A program made the translations under genes and the position numbers. This document shows, piece after piece, positions 10,431 to 21,362 of a stretch of DNA of 64,000 bases. Source of the stretch: Clostridia bacterium (lineage in GTDB: Bacteria; Bacillota; Clostridia; TANB77; CAG-508); NCBI GenBank assembly GCA_045643205.1, contig JAZUKI010000006.1:1-64000 (forward strand), in the 5' to 3' direction. Each line of letters opens with the position of its first letter. Within the stretch, counting starts at the first letter, position 1. Under the pieces are notes generated by a model. That model had not been told where the DNA came from. It ran no database searches and saw only the letters and a list, made by a program, of their open reading frames with translations.

Positions 10431-12422
10431 TTAAACTTCCATTAAAATTGGTAGTATCATTGGATTTCTTTTTGTTCTTTGGAATATGAAATCTCTAACA
10501 TCATCTTTTAATGTTGATTTAATTGAAGACCAATCGGTTATGTGTCTTTCTTCCATAATTAACATTTCTTCTTTGATAAAAGATTTTACATCATCCATTA
10601 AATTTTCTGATTCTTTAACATAGACGAATCCTCTTGAAATTACATCAGGTCCAGAAACAACTGAACCAGCTTGATCAATTGACATTACAATAACAATTAA
10701 ACCATCTGATGATAAATGTTGTCTATCACGTAATACAACGTTTCCAACATCTCCTACACCTAGGCCATCAACCATAACTCTTCCTGATTGTACTGCTCCT
10801 GCGAATTCGCATTTTTCATCATCAATTTCAATAATTTTACCATTATTAGTTAGTAAAATATTTTCTTTTGGAATTCCTATTTCAATAGCTGTATCTCTAT
10901 GAGCCATTAATTGTCTATACTCACCATGAACTGGGAAGAAATATTTTGGTCTAGCCAAAGATAAAATTAATTTTTGTTCTTCTTGGCATGCATGTCCACT
11001 TACGTGTACGTTTTGAAGTGCTGAATAAACAACTTCTGCACCAATCTTCATTAATTGATCAATAACTTTTGAAACAGATTTTTCATTTCCTGGAATTGGA
11101 GTTGCAGAAATAATTACTAAATCGTTTGAAGTAATTGTAACTTTTTTATGTTCTCCGTTTGCCATTCTTGTTAATGCTGACATTGTTTCACCTTGTGAAC
11201 CTGTTGTAATAAGTACTAATTGATCATCAGTATAATTTTTTATTAAATCCATATCAATGAAAATATCATCAGGACATTTTATGTAATTTAATTCTCTTGC
11301 CGCATCAATCATGTTTTGCATTGATCTTCCTGAAACGGCAATTTTTCTTCCATACTTAACTGCAGAATTTACAATTTGTTGAACTCTATGAACATTTGAT
11401 GCAAATGTTGCTACCACTATTCTTTTTTTGCATCCATCAAATAAGTTATCAAAAATTGGTCCAATAGATTTTTCTGATAATGTAAATCCTTTTCTTTCAG
11501 AGTTTGTTGAATCTGCAAGCATTGCTAAAATTCCTTGGCTTCCTAATTCAGCAATTCTTCCTAAATCCATCATTTGTCCATCAATTGGTGTATAGTCAAC
11601 TTTAAAGTCTCCTGTATGTAAAACAACACCTGCTGGTGTATGAATTGCAAGCATACATGAATCAGGAATTGAATGTGAACTTCTAATAAATTCAACTTGC
11701 ATCTTACCTGTATCAATGATGTCGCCTTGTTCAACAACATGTAAATCAGCATTTTGCATTAAGTGATGTTCTTCTAATTTATGTTGAATTAATTTCATTG
11801 TTAATTTTGTTCCGTAAATAGGAATGTTTACTTCTTTTAATAAATAAGGAATTGATCCAATATGATCCTCATGTCCATGAGTAATAAATAAACCCTTACA
11901 TTTATCAATATTTTTAACAATGTATGAAAAATCAGGAATAACTAAATCTACTCCTAACATATCATCATCTGGAAATTCAATACCACAATCAACAATAATC
12001 ATTTCATTTTCATATTCGAAAACTGTAATATTCTTTCCAATTTCATCAAGACCACCTAAAGCAATAATTTTTAATTTACTTGGTTTAAAATGAAAATCTA
12101 AAATACTTTTATTTTTAGTTTCAAACTTTGGTTTCTTTTCATTCTTATTATTACTTTTATTAGTATTCTTTTGATTGTTTTTCTTTGTTTTGTTAGAAGT
12201 ATTTTTATTTTGTTCTTTATTATTTTCTTTTTGTTCAACCTTTTGTTTGCTTTGTTTTTGTTGGGTTTTAACATTCTTATTTTCTTTTTCGTTATTTTTC
12301 TCAACCTTACTTTGATTTTCCTTGTTAATAGGTTTCTTCTTGAAAGGTTTCTTGAATTTCTTTTTCTTATGTTCGCTATTTGTAGCCTTATCATTAGGCA
12401 CAATGTTCTTTGTTTCTTCCAT
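10431..12422 (-). CDS. rnj: ribonuclease J with ~110 aa K/N/Q-rich N-terminal extension
   Basis: ALGGLDEIGKN, THGHEDHIG, HTGDFK, HVSGH. Confidence 0.96.
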   Translation of the reverse strand: MEETKNIVPNDKATNSEHKKKKFKKPFKKKPINKENQSKVEKNNEKENKNVKTQQKQSKQKVEQKENNKEQNKNTSNKTKKNNQKNTNKSNNKNEKKPKFETKNKSILDFHFKPSKLKIIALGGLDEIGKNITVFEYENEMIIVDCGIEFPDDDMLGVDLVIPDFSYIVKNIDKCKGLFITHGHEDHIGSIPYLLKEVNIPIYGTKLTMKLIQHKLEEHHLMQNADLHVVEQGDIIDTGKMQVEFIRSSHSIPDSCMLAIHTPAGVVLHTGDFKVDYTPIDGQMMDLGRIAELGSQGILAMLADSTNSERKGFTLSEKSIGPIFDNLFDGCKKRIVVATFASNVHRVQQIVNSAVKYGRKIAVSGRSMQNMIDAARELNYIKCPDDIFIDMDLIKNYTDDQLVLITTGSQGETMSALTRMANGEHKKVTITSNDLVIISATPIPGNEKSVSKVIDQLMKIGAEVVYSALQNVHVSGHACQEEQKLILSLARPKYFFPVHGEYRQLMAHRDTAIEIGIPKENILLTNNGKIIEIDDEKCEFAGAVQSGRVMVDGLGVGDVGNVVLRDRQHLSSDGLIVIVMSIDQAGSVVSGPDVISRGFVYVKESENLMDDVKSFIKEEMLIMEERHITDWSSIKSTLKDDVRDFIFQRTKRNPMILPILMEV

Positions 12423-12711
12423 TTTCTCTCCTATCTAAAATCTTTTGTTCATATCTTATAAGAGAAAATTATTTTATAGATACAAAATTGCCTATAATTA
12501 CATGAAAATTAACTTTATACACGCAAAAATTAGCTTTGTTAAACAAAGCATTTCATTTATATATTCTACGTGTTGCTAATCTCACTCGAAAAAATCCTAT
12601 TATCTCAAGACCTTTTCTTTAATATGTTTCCAGCATTAAAACATATCCTTTTCTCTTAATTAAAAATATAAATAAAATCTCTTCTTTACCTTTTTGGTAA
12701 CAACTGGTGTA

Positions 12712-12740
12712 AGTATACAATATTTGGTAAAAAAAGTCAA
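12712..12740 (-). promoter_or_regulatory. sigma-A promoter about 290 nt upstream of rnj
   Basis: TTGACT-N17-TATACT, just downstream of the addB terminator. Confidence 0.6.
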
Positions 12741-12780
12741 TTTATTGTTCAAAATACAGCCCCTATAGCTTTATAAAACA

Positions 12781-12814
12781 AAAACAGTAAGAAGCAATTT
12801 AGCCTCTTACTGTC
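12781..12814 (-). terminator. terminator after addB
   Basis: acagtaaga...tcttactgt stem followed by a T-run on the minus strand. Confidence 0.7.
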
Positions 12815-12877
12815 TATCTTTTTCTAAGATATCTTCTATTTTTACGTTATCTATGAATATTTTATTAATTGTTTTTG

Positions 12878-15800
12878 TTATCTCTTATCATTGCTTTCTG
12901 ATATTCTAGCAATTGCATCTTCTTTCTTAGTTGGTTCAATAATTCTATAATTATTATTTCTCAATTTAGAATCAAAGTGGCATATTGATTTATATGGGCA
13001 ATATTCACATGCTGATGTATGGTTAGATACTGTATAATATGGCCTTAATTCAATATTTCCGCTTAATATTTCTTGTGAAATTTCTTTTATTAGTTTTAAT
13101 GCATAAATTTGGAGATCTTCAAATTGTTCCTTTGTAATTGTACTTGATTTACTACTTATTGTTCCATCTTTTTTAATTTCAACAGGAATAATTTTTGAAG
13201 ATTTATCAATATTAGAATCCATTGCCTTGATTATATCAATGTTTCCTAAAACTAATCCCTTCATTTTATAACTATTTGCAATTTCATTTTCAATCTCTTC
13301 AGGATTATTATAATCTATTGCTTTTTTAATTTCTTTTGGTTGAATTAAATTAAAATATAATGCACCAGCCGGATCAGCATCTTCGTTTTTACAAGCTGCA
13401 TCTATATAAGTCAATAATTGCAATTGAAGTCCATTTAAAACCTTATTCATATCTATATTTTTTTCTGAAGATTTATAATCAATAATTCTTAAATATTTTC
13501 CATCAGGCATTTCTGCTATATCGATTCTATCAATCTTTCCTACAAGTTGAACCTTTTCTCCATTATCTAATTCAACAGTAATTGCAGGATATCTTGACTC
13601 AGGCTTGTTATCAAATGCTGCTTCTGTTGCTAATACCTCAAATGAAGATTGTTTTAATGAAACAATTATATACTTCAAAGATATTACTATTACTCTCTTT
13701 AATCTTTGAACCAAAATTTGATTTTTATTTGAGTATGCTAATTTATAACCTATTTGTAGCTTTTCTTCTACAATATCATCAATAATTTTCGTAATTATTT
13801 CTTCTGTTATATTATATATTGATAATATCTCTGCCTCATCATTAATTGCTAATAAATCTATCTTTCCTTCAACAAGCTGTCCATTTTTATCAACATGATA
13901 ATTATTGATTTCTTTAAAAAACTTATCTAAAACATCATGCATGAATGATCCTGTATCTAGCGGACTTACTTCAAACTTATCTTCTTCAGAAACATTTAAA
14001 TCATACTGCAAAAAGAATTTATATGGGCAAGAACTATATTGTTCTAATTTTGAAACTGAAGTTTGCATTGTATTTCCATACAATTTCTTAATCTTGCTAT
14101 CAGCAATCTTTTGAGGAACATTTGAATATCTCATTCCATCAATTGCATTAGCTAATTTTTCTTGCTCATTATTTTTATACCATCTATAAACTTCTTTCCA
14201 ATCGTCATTTTCAATGTTATTTAATAACTTATTAAATGTAACAGTCTTAGTTAGCACTTCATCAGAAACAATGCTTTCTTCTGTAAGTCCTGGAAAAATT
14301 TTATTTAACTTAGTTATAATTAGTGACTTTCTTAAAGCTTTTCCATCAGTATCACTTGAAGCATATGATACAAAAACTTTTTCTTCAGCCGTAGAAAAAA
14401 CTTTATAAATATTAAAGTTTTCTTCATACATTTTTTCCTTAGTACCTTTAGCTAGTTCAAACTCTTCTTCTTTTAAATTTTCTCTGTCTTTATCATTGAA
14501 AAATCCTTCTGATGTTGTAACGCTTGGAAATGCTCCATCATTTACTCCAATTATAAACACAGCTTTTACTTTATGACTCTTACTTCTATTTACATCTCCA
14601 ACTAAAACCTTGTCTTGTGTAGTTGGAATTTGTCCTAATTTCTTTTCTGACAATCCAACCTTTAATAAATTTTCAAATTCATCAAACCCTAATACTTGAT
14701 CTTTAAAAATATTTGAAACTTCTAAAAGTAAGTCTGACACTAATTTAAAAGCATCAAAGTTTTGTTTAATTTGTAATTTTCTTATCTTTATCTCATTAAC
14801 ATTTAATGCATTTCTTTCTTCATCAGAAATATTAAATAAACATTTATTCTCTTCTCTACTTAAAATTTCGATAATAAAATTATAAAAATCTTTGCTCATT
14901 TGAATTGCAGACTTATTTTCTTTAATGCTGTTTTTTAGTTCTACAATTGGCATTATTATTGCATTTTGAGCATTATTAAAGTTGTTATCTTTTTCATCTT
15001 CTGCCTTTTCAAAGTTCCATTGTTCCTTATAAAAAGTTGATCTGTTTATACCCCATTTCAAACAATAATTTTCAAATTCAAATATATCATCAATTTTTAC
15101 TAGACCAGTTTTTAAATAATTGAAAACTGATTCATAAGTAAAGTTTTTAGCTAAAACATCAATTAATCCAAGTACAAATTTTATAATAATATTGTGGTTA
15201 ATATCTGCTTCTTCATCAATAAATACTGGTATATCATATTCACTAAAAATTGCTTTGCATAAACTAGAGTATGCATTAATATTATTGCAAATAACTGATA
15301 TATCACTATATTTGTATCCATTATCTCTAACTAATTTAAAAATTTCTGTGGCTACATACTCTACTTCAGCATATTGATTATCTGCTAAAAACAATTTAAT
15401 ATTTTCAATTTTTTTATCTTTATCATAAGCTTTTGCTGGAAATGAAAATATGTTTCTTTCTAAATGTGCAAGCTCTTCATTTTTAAATCTATAATTATTT
15501 TCTAGTCTAATTTGTTTTTCTTTATCTATTGGATTTCCTAGTTTTTCTGCTATATCACAAAGTGTTTGAACTGTTTGTTTATTATCATAGAAAATATCTG
15601 CATCAGGATTAGCAAATATTTTCAACTCATCTGTACAAATTGTTATACATAATTCTTTTCCTATTTGTTCTAATTTTTCTATAACTGAATATTCTTGCTT
15701 TGTAAATCCAGCAAATTCATCAATATAAAAAATTGCATCATCAAACAAATGTGACTTTTCAATATTTTCATATAAGTAATTTAGTAAATCATTTGAATCG

Positions 15801-16303
15801 ATAAATTCTTCACTAATCTTATCATCTAAAGCTTTATATAAAATTAACATATCGTTTAATTTTGCTTTTAGATATTGATCTTGTGTTCTTTCAACTTGTT
15901 TTTCAATCATTTCAACACTAATATTATGCTTCTTAAATTCTGTAATTTGTGTAATTATAGTATTAACGTTATCAAGTGAATTTCCTAAAAATCTAAGATT
16001 TTTTTTATTCTTTTCTATAGCTTCATAAATAATAATTGCTTTTCCTGCATTATCAATTGTATCTTTTTCTAGACTCATTGTTTCTGTAATAACTCTATGT
16101 GCCATACGTTCAAATGATAAAACTTCTACTTGTAAAGTAGCGCCATCATCAATTGTTTCAAGTAATCTTTTCTCCGCAGTAAAAGAAAACTGCTCTGGTG
16201 TAATTATATAAATTTTACCGCAGTTCTCTTCTAATTTCTTTTTTATATCTTTATAAACATATTCACTTTTTCCGGTACCGCTTCTACCATAAATAAGTTT
16301 CAT
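12878..16303 (-). CDS. addB: ATP-dependent helicase/nuclease subunit B
   Basis: GRSGTGKS, PEQFSF, SVSKLE..CPY, GKIDRID, DYKSS, CEYCPYKSIC Fe-S cysteines. ATG at 16303 overlaps the ogg stop (TAATG). Confidence 0.93.
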   Translation of the reverse strand: MKLIYGRSGTGKSEYVYKDIKKKLEENCGKIYIITPEQFSFTAEKRLLETIDDGATLQVEVLSFERMAHRVITETMSLEKDTIDNAGKAIIIYEAIEKNKKNLRFLGNSLDNVNTIITQITEFKKHNISVEMIEKQVERTQDQYLKAKLNDMLILYKALDDKISEEFIDSNDLLNYLYENIEKSHLFDDAIFYIDEFAGFTKQEYSVIEKLEQIGKELCITICTDELKIFANPDADIFYDNKQTVQTLCDIAEKLGNPIDKEKQIRLENNYRFKNEELAHLERNIFSFPAKAYDKDKKIENIKLFLADNQYAEVEYVATEIFKLVRDNGYKYSDISVICNNINAYSSLCKAIFSEYDIPVFIDEEADINHNIIIKFVLGLIDVLAKNFTYESVFNYLKTGLVKIDDIFEFENYCLKWGINRSTFYKEQWNFEKAEDEKDNNFNNAQNAIIMPIVELKNSIKENKSAIQMSKDFYNFIIEILSREENKCLFNISDEERNALNVNEIKIRKLQIKQNFDAFKLVSDLLLEVSNIFKDQVLGFDEFENLLKVGLSEKKLGQIPTTQDKVLVGDVNRSKSHKVKAVFIIGVNDGAFPSVTTSEGFFNDKDRENLKEEEFELAKGTKEKMYEENFNIYKVFSTAEEKVFVSYASSDTDGKALRKSLIITKLNKIFPGLTEESIVSDEVLTKTVTFNKLLNNIENDDWKEVYRWYKNNEQEKLANAIDGMRYSNVPQKIADSKIKKLYGNTMQTSVSKLEQYSSCPYKFFLQYDLNVSEEDKFEVSPLDTGSFMHDVLDKFFKEINNYHVDKNGQLVEGKIDLLAINDEAEILSIYNITEEIITKIIDDIVEEKLQIGYKLAYSNKNQILVQRLKRVIVISLKYIIVSLKQSSFEVLATEAAFDNKPESRYPAITVELDNGEKVQLVGKIDRIDIAEMPDGKYLRIIDYKSSEKNIDMNKVLNGLQLQLLTYIDAACKNEDADPAGALYFNLIQPKEIKKAIDYNNPEEIENEIANSYKMKGLVLGNIDIIKAMDSNIDKSSKIIPVEIKKDGTISSKSSTITKEQFEDLQIYALKLIKEISQEILSGNIELRPYYTVSNHTSACEYCPYKSICHFDSKLRNNNYRIIEPTKKEDAIARISESNDKR

Positions 16304-17169
16304 TAATTTTCTCTTTTCCAATAAAATAAATATTGTTGAGCTAATCCTTTATACTCGCCAAATTTTTCATTAGCAATTTTCATAATTTCTTTTTTATTTA
16401 CTTTATTTTCATCTTTATTATGAATATATAATTCATTCATAACTCTTCTAACCCATACATCTATTGGAAAAACATCAAATCGTTTTAGGTCAGAAAATAA
16501 TAATATACAATCTGCTACCTTAGGGCCAACCCCTTGTAATTCAAGAAGTTTATCTTTTGCTTTAGCAGTATCCATTTCATATAAATCTCTTAATTTCACT
16601 TCTCCTGATGAAATTAATTTTGTTGTTTCAAAAATTCTTTTATCTCTAAAACCTAATCCTAATTTTCTTAAATCTTCTACTGAAGCTTTAGCCAATTCTT
16701 CTGGATTAGGAAATGAATAATATGTTCTTCCATTAAAACTTATCGCTTTTCCATATTTTTCAGACATTTTTTCAATAATACCTTTAATTCTTGGAATATT
16801 ATTGTTTGCTGAAATTATAAAAGATATTATTGTTTCCCATAAGTCTTGATTAAGAATTCTTATACCCTTGCCATATTGAGTAGCGACTTTTAAATTATTA
16901 TCAACTCTAGCAATTTGTTTTCTTAACTTTGTATAATCTCGATTCAAATCAAAATAATCATTTATATAATTTTTAATATCGCTATCACTCATTTTTGAAA
17001 ATGGTTTTGCTTCAATTATTACTTTTGAATTCTTCTTTTCCACATTGATTACACATTTTGATGTTATTCCTGTATAACTACCATTTTCTTCTTTATTCCA
17101 TCTAAAACATTGGCCACATTCAAAAATATCTTTTAGTTCGAATGAATCTATTTCTAATTCCATTCTCAT
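16303..17169 (-). CDS. 8-oxoguanine DNA glycosylase (OGG1 family)
   Basis: ECGQCFRW, SANNNIPRI, HhH GVGPKVADC, FPIDVW, AQQYLF. Confidence 0.93.
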   Translation of the reverse strand: MRMELEIDSFELKDIFECGQCFRWNKEENGSYTGITSKCVINVEKKNSKVIIEAKPFSKMSDSDIKNYINDYFDLNRDYTKLRKQIARVDNNLKVATQYGKGIRILNQDLWETIISFIISANNNIPRIKGIIEKMSEKYGKAISFNGRTYYSFPNPEELAKASVEDLRKLGLGFRDKRIFETTKLISSGEVKLRDLYEMDTAKAKDKLLELQGVGPKVADCILLFSDLKRFDVFPIDVWVRRVMNELYIHNKDENKVNKKEIMKIANEKFGEYKGLAQQYLFYWKREN

Positions 17170-17184
17170 TAATTACACCTCTGT

Positions 17185-18234
17185 TTATTGATAATTTTCT
17201 AAAACTTTAATTTCAAATTTACCTATTTTCATTTCAGGATTACTCTTAACATCAACTTTGATATCATACATATCCTTTAATTTTTCGATATTTCCTTTAT
17301 TGTATCCCATTGCTCTATCAAGATCTTCTGGGTTAATTTCTATTTCAATTTTTTTAACTTTTGAATTAGTATTTTTAATTTTTTCTGCTATGCTATCATA
17401 CCACATCATACCTTCAACATACTTATTAAAAGCTGGATGAAATGGTCCTGCTATAACATTTTCAGCTGTTGCAACTTCATCATATTTTTGATTAGTATCA
17501 TATAGTTCAATTCTAACATCATCAATTCCGTTTTTCTTAAACATATATGTTATTTCTTTACATCTTTGTGCAGCAGCATCTACACTCAAAGCTTCGTAAT
17601 CTTCAGTTGCATACTTCTTTGCTAACTCTGTTCCCTTAAAAACAAGCATTGGACTAATAACTACAAATTTAGGCTTTAATTTTATAATCTCTTTTGCAGT
17701 ATTAAACTCATCGTTTTCTTTGCTATCAATCATTCCAATATTCATAACATAGCCTGTTTTAATAAAGCTAAATCTAAACATTTTTTTGATTTTTCTTATA
17801 TCTTCAATTGTATATTTTTTCTTGCTTTTCTTTAAAATATAATTACTTGAAGATCCTAAAATAATTTCTGCTGTTTTTATATGATGTTTCTTCATTAATC
17901 TAATTTTTTCAATAGTTATATTAATTGGATTAATTCTAACTTGAGCACCTTTAATCTTTTTTGAAACAACATATTCATCTACTATTTCAAATAATTTTTC
18001 TTGCACTTTATCTTCAAGTTCAAAAAAATTAGATCCATAAAAAGCAATTTCAGGTTTTTCTTGTTTCTTTTTACTGATTTCATCACTAACTAAATATTCA
18101 TCAATTTGCTTTTTAATTTTTTCTGCATCAATTTTAGAAATAATTTCTCTTTTTTGTGAATACAAATTATCCATTTTTTTAGTTGATGTAGGTGCAATAT
18201 AAATTGGTATTAACAAATTAGTCGTTTCTTTCAT
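17185..18234 (-). CDS. degenerate radical-SAM (Elp3/YhcC-like) homolog lacking CxxxCxxC, with KH-like C-terminus
   Basis: IPIY, EIAFYG, KGTEL and AGPFHPAF match the clostridial radical-SAM gene usually found after rnc; only one Cys in the protein. Confidence 0.75.
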   Translation of the reverse strand: MKETTNLLIPIYIAPTSTKKMDNLYSQKREIISKIDAEKIKKQIDEYLVSDEISKKKQEKPEIAFYGSNFFELEDKVQEKLFEIVDEYVVSKKIKGAQVRINPINITIEKIRLMKKHHIKTAEIILGSSSNYILKKSKKKYTIEDIRKIKKMFRFSFIKTGYVMNIGMIDSKENDEFNTAKEIIKLKPKFVVISPMLVFKGTELAKKYATEDYEALSVDAAAQRCKEITYMFKKNGIDDVRIELYDTNQKYDEVATAENVIAGPFHPAFNKYVEGMMWYDSIAEKIKNTNSKVKKIEIEINPEDLDRAMGYNKGNIEKLKDMYDIKVDVKSNPEMKIGKFEIKVLENYQ

Positions 18235-18275
18235 AAAATCTCCTAAAAATTAATTTTTAGCGCAATTAAGGCTAT

Positions 18276-18935
18276 TTATTCTCCAAGTGCAATACGAGCT
18301 GCATCCATTTCTGCTGCTTTTTTGCTTTTTCCTTTACCTGTTGCTAATAATTCTCCTCTTGCCCAAACTTCTGCAGTAAAAATTTTATTATGATCAGGTC
18401 CATCTTCTCCAACTATTTTATATTCTATATTTATTTCACCATGTTCTTGAAGTTTTTCTTGTAAAACAGTTTTATAATCTTTTACTCCAACATTTTTACT
18501 TGCTAATTCCATTGCATCTTTTAAATTGTCTATAATAAACTTCTTAGCTGGTTCAAGTCCACCATCAAAATAAATAGCAGCAATTAATGCTTCAATACTA
18601 TCAGCTAATATTGCTGGCTTTTTATTACCTTCGCTAAGCATTTCACTGTGACCAACTTTAATATATTCAGAAATGTTATGTTGTTTTGCAACTTCATATA
18701 AACTTGCTTCACATACTACTGTAGCACGTGTTTTTGTAAGTTCACCCTCATTTAATTCTGGAAAATGAGTATAAAAATATTCACTAGAAACAAACTCTAG
18801 AATGCTATCTCCTAGAAATTCTAATTTTTCATTACTTTTAACATTATGCTCATTTGCATATGAAGTATGTGTTAATGCATTTTCTAATAATTCTTTATTA
18901 TTAAATGTATAACCTATATTTTCTTCTATATCCAT
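18276..18935 (-). CDS. rnc: ribonuclease III
   Basis: NEKLEFLGDS, ADSIEAL, dsRBD (DYKTVLQE...GKSKKAAE). Start at 18935 with AAGGAGG. Confidence 0.97.
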   Translation of the reverse strand: MDIEENIGYTFNNKELLENALTHTSYANEHNVKSNEKLEFLGDSILEFVSSEYFYTHFPELNEGELTKTRATVVCEASLYEVAKQHNISEYIKVGHSEMLSEGNKKPAILADSIEALIAAIYFDGGLEPAKKFIIDNLKDAMELASKNVGVKDYKTVLQEKLQEHGEINIEYKIVGEDGPDHNKIFTAEVWARGELLATGKGKSKKAAEMDAARIALGE

Positions 18936-19069
18936 AATTTTTACCTCCTTTAAAAGGATTAATTCCACTTGATTATACTATAACAAGTAGCTCTTTACAA
19001 CCAAAAAAATAGAGAAAAATTAATGAATAACTAAATACTTTGTTATCCTATTTTTCTCTTATTTTTCTC

Positions 19070-19615
19070 TTATTTTTTATTTTCTGTTTTTTCTTCTATT
19101 TTAGCATCTTTTGTTATTTTGTCTTTTATTTTTTTATCTTTTTTAAATTTTCTTTTATTTTTATAATATTGAATAGTTTCGCTCAATGTTGAATATTTAT
19201 CATACCAAGTAATAATAAAACTTTCTCTATATCTAGGTAAAGCAAGAGTTAATGGCCACATATGTTTTTTGATAATATCTTCTTCTTTTTTATTTAACTT
19301 TATTACTTTTCTTGCATTGTTTAAAGCTGTTTTTGGATGTGAAAAAGCATGCATTTGAAAAAATGATTGTTTTACATGATTTCTCCAATCATATAAATAA
19401 AGATCATGTAACATAGCTGCTCTAGTCATTGATTTATAATCAAGAGATTTGTGTTTTCTTGTGAATTTATAACACAAATAAGCAACATTAAGACAGTGAT
19501 CGTATGTCGATACGTCGTAATGTTGCCTATATTTTTTCATTTCTTGAACTGAATCGTTCTTCAAAATATCTTTTAATATTTCATTAAATTCTTCTTTACT
19601 AGCTTGCGTTTTCAT
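19070..19615 (-). CDS. HD-domain phosphohydrolase
   Basis: H..HCLNVA, MLHDLYLYDW, HAFSHP, HMWP, D. Confidence 0.85.
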   Translation of the reverse strand: MKTQASKEEFNEILKDILKNDSVQEMKKYRQHYDVSTYDHCLNVAYLCYKFTRKHKSLDYKSMTRAAMLHDLYLYDWRNHVKQSFFQMHAFSHPKTALNNARKVIKLNKKEEDIIKKHMWPLTLALPRYRESFIITWYDKYSTLSETIQYYKNKRKFKKDKKIKDKITKDAKIEEKTENKK

Positions 19616-19632
19616 CGTTGCCTAGTTTTCTA

Positions 19633-19875
19633 TTAACCTACATGTGCTTTAATGTATTCAACAACATCACCAATTGTTGCTACTTTTTCAGCATCTTCAT
19701 CAGGAATTTTGATATCGAATGTTTCTTCGAAAGCCATAATTAATTCAACTATATCTAGTGAATCAGCTCCTAAATCATCTAAGAATGATGATTCCATTGT
19801 AATTGAAGCTTCTGGTGTTCCTAATTGTTCTACGATAATTTCTTTAACTTTTTCAAAAATTTCTTCTGAATTCAT
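19633..19875 (-). CDS. acpP: acyl carrier protein
   Basis: DLGADSLD phosphopantetheine motif; AGGAGG RBS before ATG 19875. Confidence 0.97.
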   Translation of the reverse strand: MNSEEIFEKVKEIIVEQLGTPEASITMESSFLDDLGADSLDIVELIMAFEETFDIKIPDEDAEKVATIGDVVEYIKAHVG

Positions 19876-20103
19876 AATTATTTTATTTCCTCCTAAATGT
19901 ATAAACATTAATAATTTCGAATATTTTGATATATATTTATCAATATTTGACTATCAATACCTTATTACAATGTTATTTAATTGTCAAGCATTATTTATAG
20001 CCATTTTTTTACTTTTTTGAAATATTTTTTTCTAAAAATTTTATTTGTTTTTATATCTTTTATATTATCTTCTTATAATATTTTTATTTGTTTATAGTTA
20101 ATA

Positions 20104-21183
20104 TTAATCTTTTTCAGATTCTAGCTTTTGTAAATATTCTTTGACTTCATTCATCTTTTCTTTGTTATTTTCTGAAGCATAAATATCTGTTAATTTTGTA
20201 ACTGCTTGATTTTTAACAAATTGTTCTGCTTGTTTAATAGTAAATTTAAAAACTTTTGCATCACTACTGCCATGCGCTTTTACTACTGGTTGTTTTACTC
20301 CTAAGAATAATGCACCACCATATTCTTTGTAATCCATCATCTTTGAAAATCTCTTTAATGCTGGTAAGCTTGGTACTGATGCAATAGTACTTAAGAAGTT
20401 TTTCTTAATACTTTCAGTAAGTGATTTCTTTATAAATTTACCCATTCCTTCAACAGTTTTTAAGAATATATTTCCTGTAAAACCATCAGCAATTACAACG
20501 TCAAGTCCGCCTAAAAAAGCTTCTCTTCCTTCAACATTTCCTACAAAATTGATATCTAAATCACCACTAAATTTCTTTAATAGTTGATATGAATTTTTAA
20601 TTAATTCATTTCCTTTAGTTTCTTCTGTACCAATGTTTAGTAAGCCTATTCTTGGTTTCTCTACTCCTACTGTAGTAGTCATATAAATTGATGCCATTTG
20701 AGCAAATTGAAGTAAATTTATTGGTTTGCAATTTGTATTAGCTCCACAATCCATCAAAACTAATCTACCATGATAAGCAGGTAAAATACCAGCTAATGCA
20801 GGTCTATCTATTCCATTAATTCTTCCTACTAATAAAGTTGCTCCAGCAAGTAATGCTCCTGAGTTTCCTGCAGAAATAAATACATCACCTTCGCCTTTTT
20901 TAAGCATGTTAAATCCAACAACCATTGATGAATCTTTTTTGTTTTTTATAGCTACTGTTGGTGTGTCCTCCATAATGATTATTTCTGTTGCATTTTTTAT
21001 AGATAATCTTGGATTTATATCTTTTAAATTCTTACCATAAAATTCTTGGCATTTTGCATTGATAACTTCTTCTTGTCCTATTAAAACAATTTCAGCTTCA
21101 ACTTCATCAATTGCATCAACTGCACCTTTTATAGTTGCATCAGGAGCGTTATCTCCTCCCATTGCATCAAGTAATATTCTCAT
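20104..21183 (-). CDS. plsX: phosphate acyltransferase PlsX
   Basis: DAMGGDNAP, SAGNSGA, DGFTGN, KAHGSS. Confidence 0.97.
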   Translation of the reverse strand: MRILLDAMGGDNAPDATIKGAVDAIDEVEAEIVLIGQEEVINAKCQEFYGKNLKDINPRLSIKNATEIIIMEDTPTVAIKNKKDSSMVVGFNMLKKGEGDVFISAGNSGALLAGATLLVGRINGIDRPALAGILPAYHGRLVLMDCGANTNCKPINLLQFAQMASIYMTTTVGVEKPRIGLLNIGTEETKGNELIKNSYQLLKKFSGDLDINFVGNVEGREAFLGGLDVVIADGFTGNIFLKTVEGMGKFIKKSLTESIKKNFLSTIASVPSLPALKRFSKMMDYKEYGGALFLGVKQPVVKAHGSSDAKVFKFTIKQAEQFVKNQAVTKLTDIYASENNKEKMNEVKEYLQKLESEKD

Positions 21184-21362
21184 ATTATAACTCCTTAAAA
21201 AGTCTATACAAATTTTAATCTTTGATAGCTCTAATGTCAAGCAAAATCATGATTAATACCTATTTTAGGATAAAAAATTAGAGACTACTTCAACCATATT
21301 AGTTAAAATAATCTCTAATGTTAATTGAATTTTTTGATTAATTACTAAGTCTTAAAACTTAA

